DNA from: a virus
Virus record (IMG/VR): IMGVR_UViG_3300044769_000137
Reading direction: 5' to 3' (one strand)
DNA length: 35,292 nucleotides
The position numbers and the translations under genes are program-made. Of the stretch, positions 23,888 to 30,431 are shown one piece after another. Below the pieces are notes generated by a model that worked only from the letters and a program-made list of their open reading frames with translations, made no database searches and was not told the DNA's origin. The number at the start of each line of letters is the position of its first letter. The stretch's first letter is position 1.

Positions 23888-24147
23888 CACCCCAGCACCG
23901 CCTGCACTTCGTACCACCAGGCCCCCAGCAGCAGCAGCCCGGCGAGATAGCCCAGGCTCAGCCCCAGCCAGAGCACGACGGAAACCTTTTCGTACCAGGG
24001 CGTCAGCACCGGCCGGGCCGCTCGAGGAAACCAGAGCACCGGGGGCGCGCATTCATGGCAGCGCAGGCCGGGGCCGAGGCGCCCGACGTCGGCGTTACAC
24101 AGGCTGCAGCGGCCTGCGATGGGTCGGGGGCGGCTTATACTTGCCAT
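23884..24147 (-). CDS. Zinc-ribbon plus C-terminal TM protein (87 aa)
   Basis: CSLC-x12-CHEC, then the hydrophobic stretch VSVVLWLGLSLGYLAGLLLLGAWW. GGAAGGAG RBS. Confidence 0.55.
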   Translation of the reverse strand: MASISRPRPIAGRCSLCNADVGRLGPGLRCHECAPPVLWFPRAARPVLTPWYEKVSVVLWLGLSLGYLAGLLLLGAWWYEVQAVLGW

Positions 24148-24164
24148 ACGGATACGCTCCTTCC

Positions 24165-24197
24165 GCGCCCGCCCCGGTTCGCCGCCGGGGCGGGCGC
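24165..24197. other. Perfect 13-bp GC stem-loop in an early-gene intergenic gap
   Basis: gcgcccgccccgg (24165-24177), 7-nt loop, ccggggcgggcgc (24185-24197). The T-rich tract (tcgtttatt) follows only on the plus strand. Confidence 0.6.
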
Positions 24198-24220
24198 TCG
24201 TTTATTCGGTCAAGAATCGC

Positions 24221-24499
24221 TCAGGTCCGATCGGTGCACCCGCTCACCCGCGACGGCTCGTAGAACGGCGGCTGCCCCTGGACGTCGACGCGCCAGCGCC
24301 GCCAGGGCGGGATGGGGTAGTCGCACCTCGAGCAAAAGCCCTTGACCGAGATAAAGCCCTGCGTCGCGCCACACGCTAAACAGGCCGGGTGATGGAGGCC
24401 GTAGGCGGTGGTGCGGTGCTTGTGGCCGCGCGCCGCCAGCTGCCGAGGAATGTCGGTCAGCTCGAGGTCGAACGTGTCAGGTGACACCGGGCGGCTCAT
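24221..24499 (-). CDS. Zinc-ribbon protein (92 aa)
   Basis: ATG at 24499 overlaps the upstream stop (ATGA). Carries CLACG...CSRCD. Confidence 0.55.
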   Translation of the reverse strand: MSRPVSPDTFDLELTDIPRQLAARGHKHRTTAYGLHHPACLACGATQGFISVKGFCSRCDYPIPPWRRWRVDVQGQPPFYEPSRVSGCTDRT

Positions 24500-24834
24500 G
24501 GCCACCACTCCACTTCCCGGTAGCGCGAACCCCAGTTGATGGCGTCGTCGCAGTCGGGCATCCAGATGTCCACGTGCTGGCCCAGCACCCCTCCGCCGGT
24601 GTCCAGCGCGATAAAGGTGCGACTGGTGCCGGCAATGGCGACCTCCGAGTACAGAGGGATCACCTTCGGGTCGACTGCCACCGCGCCCCAGCGCGTGTAC
24701 TCGCCGGTCCGCATGGTCCCGGTCAGACAAAAAGCCGTGATCCGAAACGTGCCACTGCCCGAGGGCGCCTGCGCGGCGGCCGGCGGCAGACTGGTAGCAG
24801 CCAGCAGCACACAGGACACCAGAACCCGCGTCAC
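24496..24834 (-). CDS. Secreted 3D-domain (RlpA/MltA-like double-psi beta-barrel) protein (112 aa)
   Basis: GTG at 24834 overlaps the upstream stop (GTGA) and yields the signal peptide VTRVLVSCVLLAATSLPPAAAQA. FRITAFCLTGTMRTGEYTRWGAVAVDPKVIPLYSEVAI...ALDTGGGVLGQHVDIWM is the 3D-domain pattern. Confidence 0.75.
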   Translation of the reverse strand: MTRVLVSCVLLAATSLPPAAAQAPSGSGTFRITAFCLTGTMRTGEYTRWGAVAVDPKVIPLYSEVAIAGTSRTFIALDTGGGVLGQHVDIWMPDCDDAINWGSRYREVEWWP

Positions 24835-25043
24835 GACCGAGCTCCGCTGGCCTGTTGCACCAGCTGCGCGCACTCCGTGGCCAGCCGCGCGGCGTACCGC
24901 AAACGAAAGTGCTGCGCTTCGCTCAGCTCCGCGTGCTCGAGCAGCTGCGCCAGCGTGTACTCCAGGTGGCCGGCCAGGATCTCCGCATCGACGAGCGCGG
25001 GGACCGCCGCCTGAGCGGTCGAGGAGCCCTCCTCGGCCTTCAC
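24831..25043 (-). CDS. Hypothetical helical protein (70 aa)
   Basis: GTG at 25043 overlaps the upstream stop (GTGA). Confidence 0.5.
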   Translation of the reverse strand: MKAEEGSSTAQAAVPALVDAEILAGHLEYTLAQLLEHAELSEAQHFRLRYAARLATECAQLVQQASGARS

Positions 25044-25261
25044 TCCCCCCGCTCCATCTTCTCCATCACCTCACGGAACGCCTCGTAGAAATTCATGCCG
25101 TCTTCACCCGCGGTCAGCTCCGCAACCCGCCGCACCGCCTCCGGCGTGCCCATCACGCCCGGATCGGGAGAGACGGCCCGGGGGGTGCCGTACATCCCCG
25201 GCCTTGGTTTGAGCTGTCCGGCGAGCAGTCGAGGGCCGAGATTCTTCCTGGCTACCGTCAC
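25040..25261 (-). CDS. Hypothetical protein (73 aa)
   Basis: GTG at 25261 overlaps the upstream stop (GTGA). Confidence 0.5.
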   Translation of the reverse strand: MTVARKNLGPRLLAGQLKPRPGMYGTPRAVSPDPGVMGTPEAVRRVAELTAGEDGMNFYEAFREVMEKMERGE

Positions 25262-25512
25262 GAGGGCGCCCCCTTCCGCCGGGCCGCGTTCGCCTTCAAA
25301 CGGATCTTGGCGAAGTGCGCCGCCATCGCGGCCCGTGCCCGCCGGGCCCGCTCGTCCCCGTCCAAGTTGGTGTCTTGCTCGGCCAGGAACTTCTCGAACA
25401 GTCCCTGTTGGCCTTTGCGCGCGCGCTCGCTCACGTCGATCCGAGAAGCGGTGATGTACCCGCCGATCTGGCCGATTCGCTTATGGAAGCCGGGGTCGGT
25501 GGTCTTCGCCAT
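25258..25512 (-). CDS. Hypothetical basic protein (84 aa)
   Basis: ATG at 25512 shares one nt with the upstream TGA. A GTG at 25515 is an alternative start. Confidence 0.5.
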   Translation of the reverse strand: MAKTTDPGFHKRIGQIGGYITASRIDVSERARKGQQGLFEKFLAEQDTNLDGDERARRARAAMAAHFAKIRLKANAARRKGAPS

Positions 25513-25724
25513 CACTCCACCGCCTTTCGTGGTCGCCCGCGACGAGGGCCGCCGGGTAGCTCGCTATCGGGCACCCAATCCAGCGTCGGGCCGGGGTAGC
25601 GCCGACTCGGCGTACCGCACGTCTGGCAGCGAATGCAGTCGTTGATCCAATCGGGGCGCATGTGCGGCCTCGAACAACAAAGATTTGCTTGGGAGTTCGC
25701 TCTGATACGATGTGTCTGGGGCAC
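25512..25724 (-). CDS. Hypothetical protein (70 aa, or 49 aa from the internal ATG) with CxxC and a GRPRK tail
   Basis: AGGAG lies 7 nt before the GTG at 25724. The first ~20 codons have low GC3, so the ATG (MRPDWINDCIRCQTCG...) is an alternative start. Confidence 0.45.
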   Translation of the reverse strand: MPQTHRIRANSQANLCCSRPHMRPDWINDCIRCQTCGTPSRRYPGPTLDWVPDSELPGGPRRGRPRKAVE

Positions 25725-25779
25725 CTACTTGCTCCTCTCGCCGTCCCGTGTTCAGTGCACGTGGGCGGCGTTTTTGTGT

Positions 25780-25980
25780 CTAGACCGCGTCGCTCTCGTC
25801 CCGCGAGAGCCCCTCGAACCAATCCAGCGAGCGCTCGAGGAACTTCACTGCCGTGGCGCTCTCGCTGGTGCCTCGCTTGTCCGCCGCGTTCTTCAGGCGC
25901 TTGCGCAGCACGGCGGGCATGTACACGTTGAGCCGATCCTGCTCCTCCTCTTTGACCTCGGGCCGCTCGTCCACCTGCAT
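25780..25980 (-). CDS. Ribbon-helix-helix (CopG/Arc-like) protein; first gene of the lytic strand, Cro-like by position (66 aa)
   Basis: RLNVYMPAVLRKRLKNAADKRGTSESATAVKFLERSL fits beta-strand/helix/helix. GGAGAG RBS. Divergent from the XRE gene. Confidence 0.65.
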   Translation of the reverse strand: MQVDERPEVKEEEQDRLNVYMPAVLRKRLKNAADKRGTSESATAVKFLERSLDWFEGLSRDESDAV

Positions 25981-26002
25981 CCACTCTCCCTCTGGCCGGA
26001 AT

Positions 26003-26019
26003 CTACGGGATTTCCGTAG
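26003..26019. promoter_or_regulatory. Candidate operator: 17-bp near-perfect palindrome CTACGGGATTTCCGTAG
   Basis: 7 of 8 arm positions are complementary. It overlaps the predicted leftward transcription start. A second inverted repeat, GGGATTTC (26007-26014) / GAAATCCC (26029-26036), overlaps it. Confidence 0.45.
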
Positions 26020-26021
26020 TC

Positions 26022-26050
26022 AGTTTAAGAAATCCCAAAGCTAAATACAA
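26022..26050 (-). promoter_or_regulatory. Candidate leftward (lytic) promoter TTGTAT-17 nt-TAAACT
   Basis: -35 at 26050-26045, -10 at 26027-26022, exact 17-nt spacer, about 40 nt upstream of the RHH ATG. Confidence 0.5.
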
Positions 26051-26062
26051 CCCTTTGCGGGC

Positions 26063-26068
26063 TAGAAT
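26063..26068 (+). promoter_or_regulatory. Candidate rightward -10 (TAGAAT) for the XRE/lysogeny operon
   Basis: TAGAAT lies 34 nt upstream of the GTG at 26102. No good -35 (GCTAAA at 17 nt). Confidence 0.35.
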
Positions 26069-26101
26069 GGCACGGGCTCCGGGATCCTCGTAGGGGCGCG
26101 T

Positions 26102-26455
26102 GTGGATACGGTGGGGCAGCGCTTGCGGGCGTTGAGAAAGCGAGCTGGATTGACCCAGGTGGAGTTGGGGTCAAAGCTCGGTGTGACGGGAGCGACGATC
26201 TCTGGTTACGAGACCGGGTACAGCCGCCTAGTCGCGGATGAGCTGCCGAAGTACGCCGGGGTGCTGAACTGCTCGCCCTGCGATTTCTTCGAGGACGCTA
26301 CGGCGCAGCCGCCCACGCCCACCGAGCCGTTCGTGCCGAGCGCGAGCCAGCGCATGGCGCGGAAGCTGCTCGCGCAAGCCCTGAACCTGCCCGAGGAGGA
26401 TCTGGAGGCGCTGGTGCGGGTGGCCGACCGCTTGCGCGAGCTTCCGCCAGCTTGA
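26102..26455 (+). CDS. XRE-family HTH regulator, CI-like by position (117 aa)
   Basis: GQRLRALRKRAGLTQVELGSKLGVTGATISGYETGYS is a canonical HTH_3. GTG start preceded by AGGGG. Confidence 0.85.
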   Translation: MDTVGQRLRALRKRAGLTQVELGSKLGVTGATISGYETGYSRLVADELPKYAGVLNCSPCDFFEDATAQPPTPTEPFVPSASQRMARKLLAQALNLPEEDLEALVRVADRLRELPPA

Positions 26456-26477
26456 CTATCAGAAGGATTGTTCTAAT

Positions 26478-26837
26478 GTGCACCCACCCCCAGCGATAGG
26501 TGAATGCATGTCCAGACGAACCGTGGATGACCTCCCCGCCCGCGCCATCCTGGCCATCTCCGCCGCCGCCGGCGAAGTCATGGAGGAGCTCGTACAGGCC
26601 CACGAAGAGCGGATGCACCTGCCGCCGCGGCGCACCGATCCGGTGACGGCGGTTCCGTTCGCGGGCGAGCGCCTCCCGGACACCGTGACTTGCGAGGGCA
26701 TCGAGCTGCTGCGCAAGGGACACAGCCTGGACGAAGCGGCCGACTTCCTGAGCGTCGAGGCGATGGTGCTCGAGCGGGCGATCTACGACTACCGGCCGCC
26801 CTATCGCCGCTGGTTGGTAGCCCGGGGCATCGGGTAA
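26478..26837 (+). CDS. Hypothetical protein with a possible C-terminal HTH (119 aa; 109 aa if ATG 26508 is used)
   Basis: Coding-like. IELLRKGHSLDEAADFLSVEAMVLERAIYDY resembles a Hin/LuxR-type HTH. The start is ambiguous. Confidence 0.5.
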   Translation: MHPPPAIGECMSRRTVDDLPARAILAISAAAGEVMEELVQAHEERMHLPPRRTDPVTAVPFAGERLPDTVTCEGIELLRKGHSLDEAADFLSVEAMVLERAIYDYRPPYRRWLVARGIG

Positions 26838-26885
26838 CCGTGAACGGCGCGCACCTCGCGCCATGGATCAAAGCAAAGGAATGGA

Positions 26886-27725
26886 ATGCACACCCGAATC
26901 ATTGTTCTCGCATTACTGAGTTTCCTGTGGGTCGCCCCGGTGGCCGCCCAGCCCGCCGCGGTCCCCGACCAGGAGGCGATCGTCACGAACGTCGTCGACG
27001 GTGACACGATCGACGTCCAGCTCGCCGACGGCAGCACCTACCGCGTGCGCTACATCGGCATCGACACGCCGGAGACGGTGGCGCCCGGCCGCCCGGTCGC
27101 GTGCTGGGGAGCGGAAGCGTCCGCGCGTAATCGGGAGCTGGTGCTGGGGCAGACGGTCTACCTCGAGCGGGACACCTCCGAGACCGATCGGTTCGGCCGC
27201 CTGGTCCGCTATGTGTGGCTGGGCGACGAGCTCGTCGAGTCGATCCTGCTCACCGAAGGCCAGGCCCGCGCGTTCCCCTTCCGACCAGACACCGCTCGAG
27301 CTGAGGAGTTTGCCGCACTCGAGCAGGGAGCCCGCGAGCAAAGCGTAGGTCTATGGGGCGCCTGTGAGGGTCTGCCGCCGGTCGGCGAGGGCGAGGTCCT
27401 CCCGGATGCGCCGCCAGCCGCCACCGCGACCACGGCGCCCCTGCCGACGCCGATCCCGACGGCGACCAGGAGCGCACCCACCGTCGCACCCGTTCCGACC
27501 CCGACCTCCCCGCCCTCTTCATCCGGGACACGGATCGGCACCCGCACGGGCGAGCCTCTGCGCTTCGACCCGAATGGCCCCGACCGGGATTGCAGCGACT
27601 TCCGCACCTGGGCAGAGGCGCAGGACTTTTACGAGGCGGCCGGTGGTCCCGCCAGCGATCGGCACCGCCTGGACGCGAATAACGACGGCATCGCCTGCGA
27701 GACGCTTCCGGGCGTGCGCCGCTAA
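26886..27725 (+). CDS. Secreted staphylococcal-nuclease (SNase/thermonuclease) homologue with C-terminal Excalibur Ca-binding domain (279 aa)
   Basis: Signal peptide MHTRIIVLALLSFLWVAPVAAQP. SNase core VVDGDTIDVQL...YRVRYIGIDTPE...RFGRLVRYVW. Pro/Thr linker. Excalibur motif DRDCSDFRTWAEAQDFYEAAGGPASDRHRLDANNDGIACE. Confidence 0.9.
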   Translation: MHTRIIVLALLSFLWVAPVAAQPAAVPDQEAIVTNVVDGDTIDVQLADGSTYRVRYIGIDTPETVAPGRPVACWGAEASARNRELVLGQTVYLERDTSETDRFGRLVRYVWLGDELVESILLTEGQARAFPFRPDTARAEEFAALEQGAREQSVGLWGACEGLPPVGEGEVLPDAPPAATATTAPLPTPIPTATRSAPTVAPVPTPTSPPSSSGTRIGTRTGEPLRFDPNGPDRDCSDFRTWAEAQDFYEAAGGPASDRHRLDANNDGIACETLPGVRR

Positions 27726-27732
27726 AAGACCG

Positions 27733-27775
27733 GGCGCCGGGGGCCCTCGATCGAGACGGTAACCGGCGCCTTTTT
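27733..27775 (+). terminator. Probable terminator after the nuclease gene
   Basis: GGCGCCGG (27733-27740) pairs with CCGGCGCC (27763-27770), followed by TTTTT. The large 22-nt loop contains the 10-bp palindrome CTCGATCGAG. Confidence 0.5.
27752..27769 (+). repeat. 18-bp direct repeat CGAGACGGTAACCGGCGC, copy 1 (in terminator loop/arm)
   Basis: Identical to 27927-27944. The core GGTAACCGG also occurs at 27882-27890. Confidence 0.9.
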
Positions 27776-27903
27776 CGCGCCTGCTCCAGGCACGCGCTAA
27801 GCCCAATGGACGCGAGTACCCGAAGGGTATCGGGTTGACATGCAAACCGCAAATGCGAGGATCGTAGGCACGAATCCAGCAGGTAACCGGGGGAGTGCGT
27901 TTA

Positions 27904-28845
27904 ATGAAGGTCGCCAAGCCAGAGACCGAGACGGTAACCGGCGCTCGGGACCTCACCGACTACCAGGCGCTGCTCTGGTCCTGGATGCTCACCCTGGAGG
28001 TGGCCGGCAAGAGCTTGGAGACGCGCAAGGTCTACCGCGTGTCCGCCGAGCAGCTGGGCGCCCACCTGCTGGAGCAGGGCATGCCCGTCCACGTCGCCGC
28101 CATCACCCGTGAGCACGTGGAGTCGTATCTGCTCGAGCTCCGTCGCCAGCATCCCACCAGCAGCACGGTCGCCACCCGCTACAAGGGCCTGCGCCAGTGG
28201 TTCAAGTGGCTGGTCGAGGAGCACGAGATCGAAGCCTCACCCATGATCAATATCAAGAAGCCCACCTACACCGAGAAAGAGATTCCCATCCTGCCCGATG
28301 TCGCCGTCAAGCGGATGCTCGACGACTGCAAGGGCCAGGGCTTCGACGATCGCCGCGACCTGGCCATCCTGCGCGTGTTCCTGGCCACGCCGCTGCGTCG
28401 GTCGGAGATCGCCAACCTGAGCGTGACCGACGTCGACCTGTCCGCGCGCACGGTGCACGTGACGGTGAAGGGCAACCGCCAGCGCACGGTGCCCATCGAC
28501 GTGAAGGCGGTCCAGGCGCTCGACCGCTACCGGCGCATTCGCCCCACTTCGCGGTGGGCAGGTGCGGCGGGGTTGTGGCTGGGCCAGCTCGGGCCCCTCA
28601 CCGACAGCGGGCTGTATCAGGTGCTCCGCCGTCGCGCGAAGCACGCGGGGGTGGAGGGATTTCATCCGCACTTGTTCCGTCACAAATTTGCGGACTCGTG
28701 GCTTCGTGCAGAAGGACAAGAGCGGGACTTAATGCGATTGGGTGGATGGAGGAGCGCGGAAGTGATGAGGAAATACGCGGAGAATCTGGCCGAGGAACGT
28801 GCCATCGAGAGTTATCGTAGGCTCAGTCCGGGCGATCGGTTCTAG
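27904..28845 (+). CDS. int: Tyrosine recombinase / phage integrase, XerC/D-like (313 aa)
   Basis: N-terminal SAM-like domain, then catalytic LRRSE (R), HPHLFRH (HxxR) and GGWRS...MRKYAE (W/H...Y). ATG at 27904, 8 nt after GGGAG. Confidence 0.92.
   Translation: MKVAKPETETVTGARDLTDYQALLWSWMLTLEVAGKSLETRKVYRVSAEQLGAHLLEQGMPVHVAAITREHVESYLLELRRQHPTSSTVATRYKGLRQWFKWLVEEHEIEASPMINIKKPTYTEKEIPILPDVAVKRMLDDCKGQGFDDRRDLAILRVFLATPLRRSEIANLSVTDVDLSARTVHVTVKGNRQRTVPIDVKAVQALDRYRRIRPTSRWAGAAGLWLGQLGPLTDSGLYQVLRRRAKHAGVEGFHPHLFRHKFADSWLRAEGQERDLMRLGGWRSAEVMRKYAENLAEERAIESYRRLSPGDRF
27927..27944 (+). repeat. 18-bp direct repeat CGAGACGGTAACCGGCGC, copy 2 (codons 8-14 of the integrase gene)
   Basis: Identical to 27752-27769. 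Confidence 0.9.
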
Positions 28846-28887
28846 GTTGGCGTTTGGGCGGTCATTTTATTACGGGGAATATTCCAA

Positions 28888-29139
28888 TTAGCCCCGCTCG
28901 CGCACCGGCCAGCGCCGGCCCGCACCACGCTCGTCCCCCACCGCTCGCCGTCCCGCGATCCGGTCCTCGCACGCCCGGCAGCGGGCTCGCGTCGGCTCCG
29001 GCTCGCCCCACCCATACGCCACGCCGCACAGTGGCCGCTCCGCCAGCCCCTTCTCGGTCAGCAGCCGTGCGTGAGTCCTCGAGCGGTACGCGGCTTTGGT
29101 CTGCACGGCGAACCAGATAATCTCGCCATCCAGCTGCAT
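28888..29139 (-). CDS. Hypothetical protein (83 aa), last gene of the late strand
   Basis: ATG at 29139. High GC3. A Cys cluster (C..CRAC). Weak RBS. Confidence 0.45.
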   Translation of the reverse strand: MQLDGEIIWFAVQTKAAYRSRTHARLLTEKGLAERPLCGVAYGWGEPEPTRARCRACEDRIAGRRAVGDERGAGRRWPVRERG

Positions 29140-29158
29140 CAATTCACCACCCAGCTGC

Positions 29159-30007
29159 TCACGCCGAGGGCTCCGTCACCTCGCGGGCGAAGGCGTTTAA
29201 GTCAATGGGACTGCTCGAATATTGATGCCCCTTGACCATCTCACGCGGCCAGTAGGGGCTCGGCGTGTCGAGCTGCTCGAGCCCGTCATACGCCGCCAGC
29301 CACACCGGGTACTCGACGAGGCGCCCAATCTGGCCGTGCCAGTAGGCGTCGACAAACCAATTTCCGGTGTAAATACCCGAGCGAATCCCCCGTTGGTCAC
29401 AAGCCGCACAGGCCGCTTCCGCCTCGTCGATCGTGGGGGCCGTGCCCTGGTACGTTTCCAGATCGATCCACAAGAGCGGCAGCGTTACCCCAGCCCGCTC
29501 GGCCACCTCGAGCGCCTGCTGGACCTGCTGAGCGGGGCTGATCCCGTGGTAGAGCCATACGTAGGCCCCGACACTGCATCCGTTGGCGAGTGCACTGTGC
29601 ATCTGCTGGATGGTGCAGGACTGCGGAACACTCTCAATTTCCTGGTACGCCTTCACTACCACATGGGAGGGTCGGAACTGCTGGATGTAGGCGGTCAGGT
29701 CCCGTACCTGGTGCGAGCTCACATCCATCCCCCGCACGACCCCGGTGAGGGGCTCCGGTGGCTCCGGTAGATCGGGCGGGGCCAACTCAAAAGGGTGGGT
29801 CTTACTCGGCCAGACCTCGGGCGCGGGGTTCTCGTTCCCCGGAGCCACGCAGATGATCTCCTCGAGGGACCCGTAGTCGTACCAGGCTTTGCGGACCTGT
29901 CCCAGCTTGTCCGTACCACTGCCTGCCTTCATGATCGTAGGACCGCTCCAGCGGACCCCTAGCGAGTCTCCCAGGCGCTCTTCGGCCTGCTCCAGGGTCT
30001 CACTCAT
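29159..30007 (-). CDS. Endolysin: GH25 muramidase domain with an unknown ~95-aa N-terminal domain (282 aa)
   Basis: GMDVSSHQ, HVVVKAY, LWIDLE (DxE) and WLAAY fit Glyco_hydro_25. It follows the small TM genes. GGGAGG lies 5 nt before the ATG at 30007. Confidence 0.85.
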   Translation of the reverse strand: MSETLEQAEERLGDSLGVRWSGPTIMKAGSGTDKLGQVRKAWYDYGSLEEIICVAPGNENPAPEVWPSKTHPFELAPPDLPEPPEPLTGVVRGMDVSSHQVRDLTAYIQQFRPSHVVVKAYQEIESVPQSCTIQQMHSALANGCSVGAYVWLYHGISPAQQVQQALEVAERAGVTLPLLWIDLETYQGTAPTIDEAEAACAACDQRGIRSGIYTGNWFVDAYWHGQIGRLVEYPVWLAAYDGLEQLDTPSPYWPREMVKGHQYSSSPIDLNAFAREVTEPSA

Positions 30008-30055
30008 GGCCACCTCCCAAAAATAGAGCGGTTGCGCTCCATTTTCCGCTCCTCC

Positions 30056-30169
30056 TCACCGCCAGCCCGCCAGCCGAAACGCCAGATACCACAGCGCCCC
30101 GAACACGCTGAGCACACCGACCGCCGCCAGCCCCAGCTCGAGGCCGTCGCGCCACTCCCGCCAGGTCAT
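30056..30169 (-). CDS. Small single-TM protein (37 aa), lysis-cassette member
   Basis: MTWREWRDGLELGLAAVGVLSVFGALWYLAFRLAGWR. The ATG overlaps the upstream stop (ATGA). Confidence 0.5.
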   Translation of the reverse strand: MTWREWRDGLELGLAAVGVLSVFGALWYLAFRLAGWR

Positions 30170-30303
30170 CCGACCAACAGCGAGGCCGACAGGAACGCCA
30201 CGGCCCCCGCCAGGAGCTGCGAGCCGTAGGGTAACGGAGGAAGGGCAGCCAGAATTGCGAGGATGCAACTTACGATCAGGAACGCTACGCGCAGGTTCTC
30301 CAC
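30166..30303 (-). CDS. Small two-TM protein (45 aa), lysis-cassette member
   Basis: VENLRVAFLIVSCILAILAALPPLPYGSQLLAGAVAFLSASLLVG. GGAGG lies 6 nt before the GTG at 30303. Confidence 0.5.
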   Translation of the reverse strand: MENLRVAFLIVSCILAILAALPPLPYGSQLLAGAVAFLSASLLVG

Positions 30304-30314
30304 TGTTCGCCTCC

Positions 30315-30431
30315 CTACCTCATGCCCGCCCACAGATCGAGCAGCACGCCTAAGAGCAGCACCAGGGCCAGCATCCCCAGGCTGATAATCACCACCTGCC
30401 AGAGCGCGCGCCGCCACACGTCGTCGATCAT
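30315..30431 (-). CDS. Small single-TM protein (38 aa), lysis-cassette member
   Basis: MIDDVWRRALWQVVIISLGMLALVLLLGVLLDLWAGMR. The ATG overlaps the upstream stop (ATGA). Confidence 0.5.
   Translation of the reverse strand: MIDDVWRRALWQVVIISLGMLALVLLLGVLLDLWAGMR

Noticed and set aside
27835-27870. TTGACA at 27835-27840 as the -35 of an integrase promoter.
   Set aside because: There is no TANNNT-like -10 at 16-19 nt (AGGATC/GGATCG). TAGGCA is 24 nt away. It cannot be supported from sequence alone.
30014-30055. Hairpin plus TATTTTT between the last small TM gene and the endolysin as a terminator.
   Set aside because: The stem is only 5-6 bp (GAGCG/CGCTC or GAGCGG/CCGCTC), and the T tract overlaps the endolysin RBS region. 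That is too weak to call.
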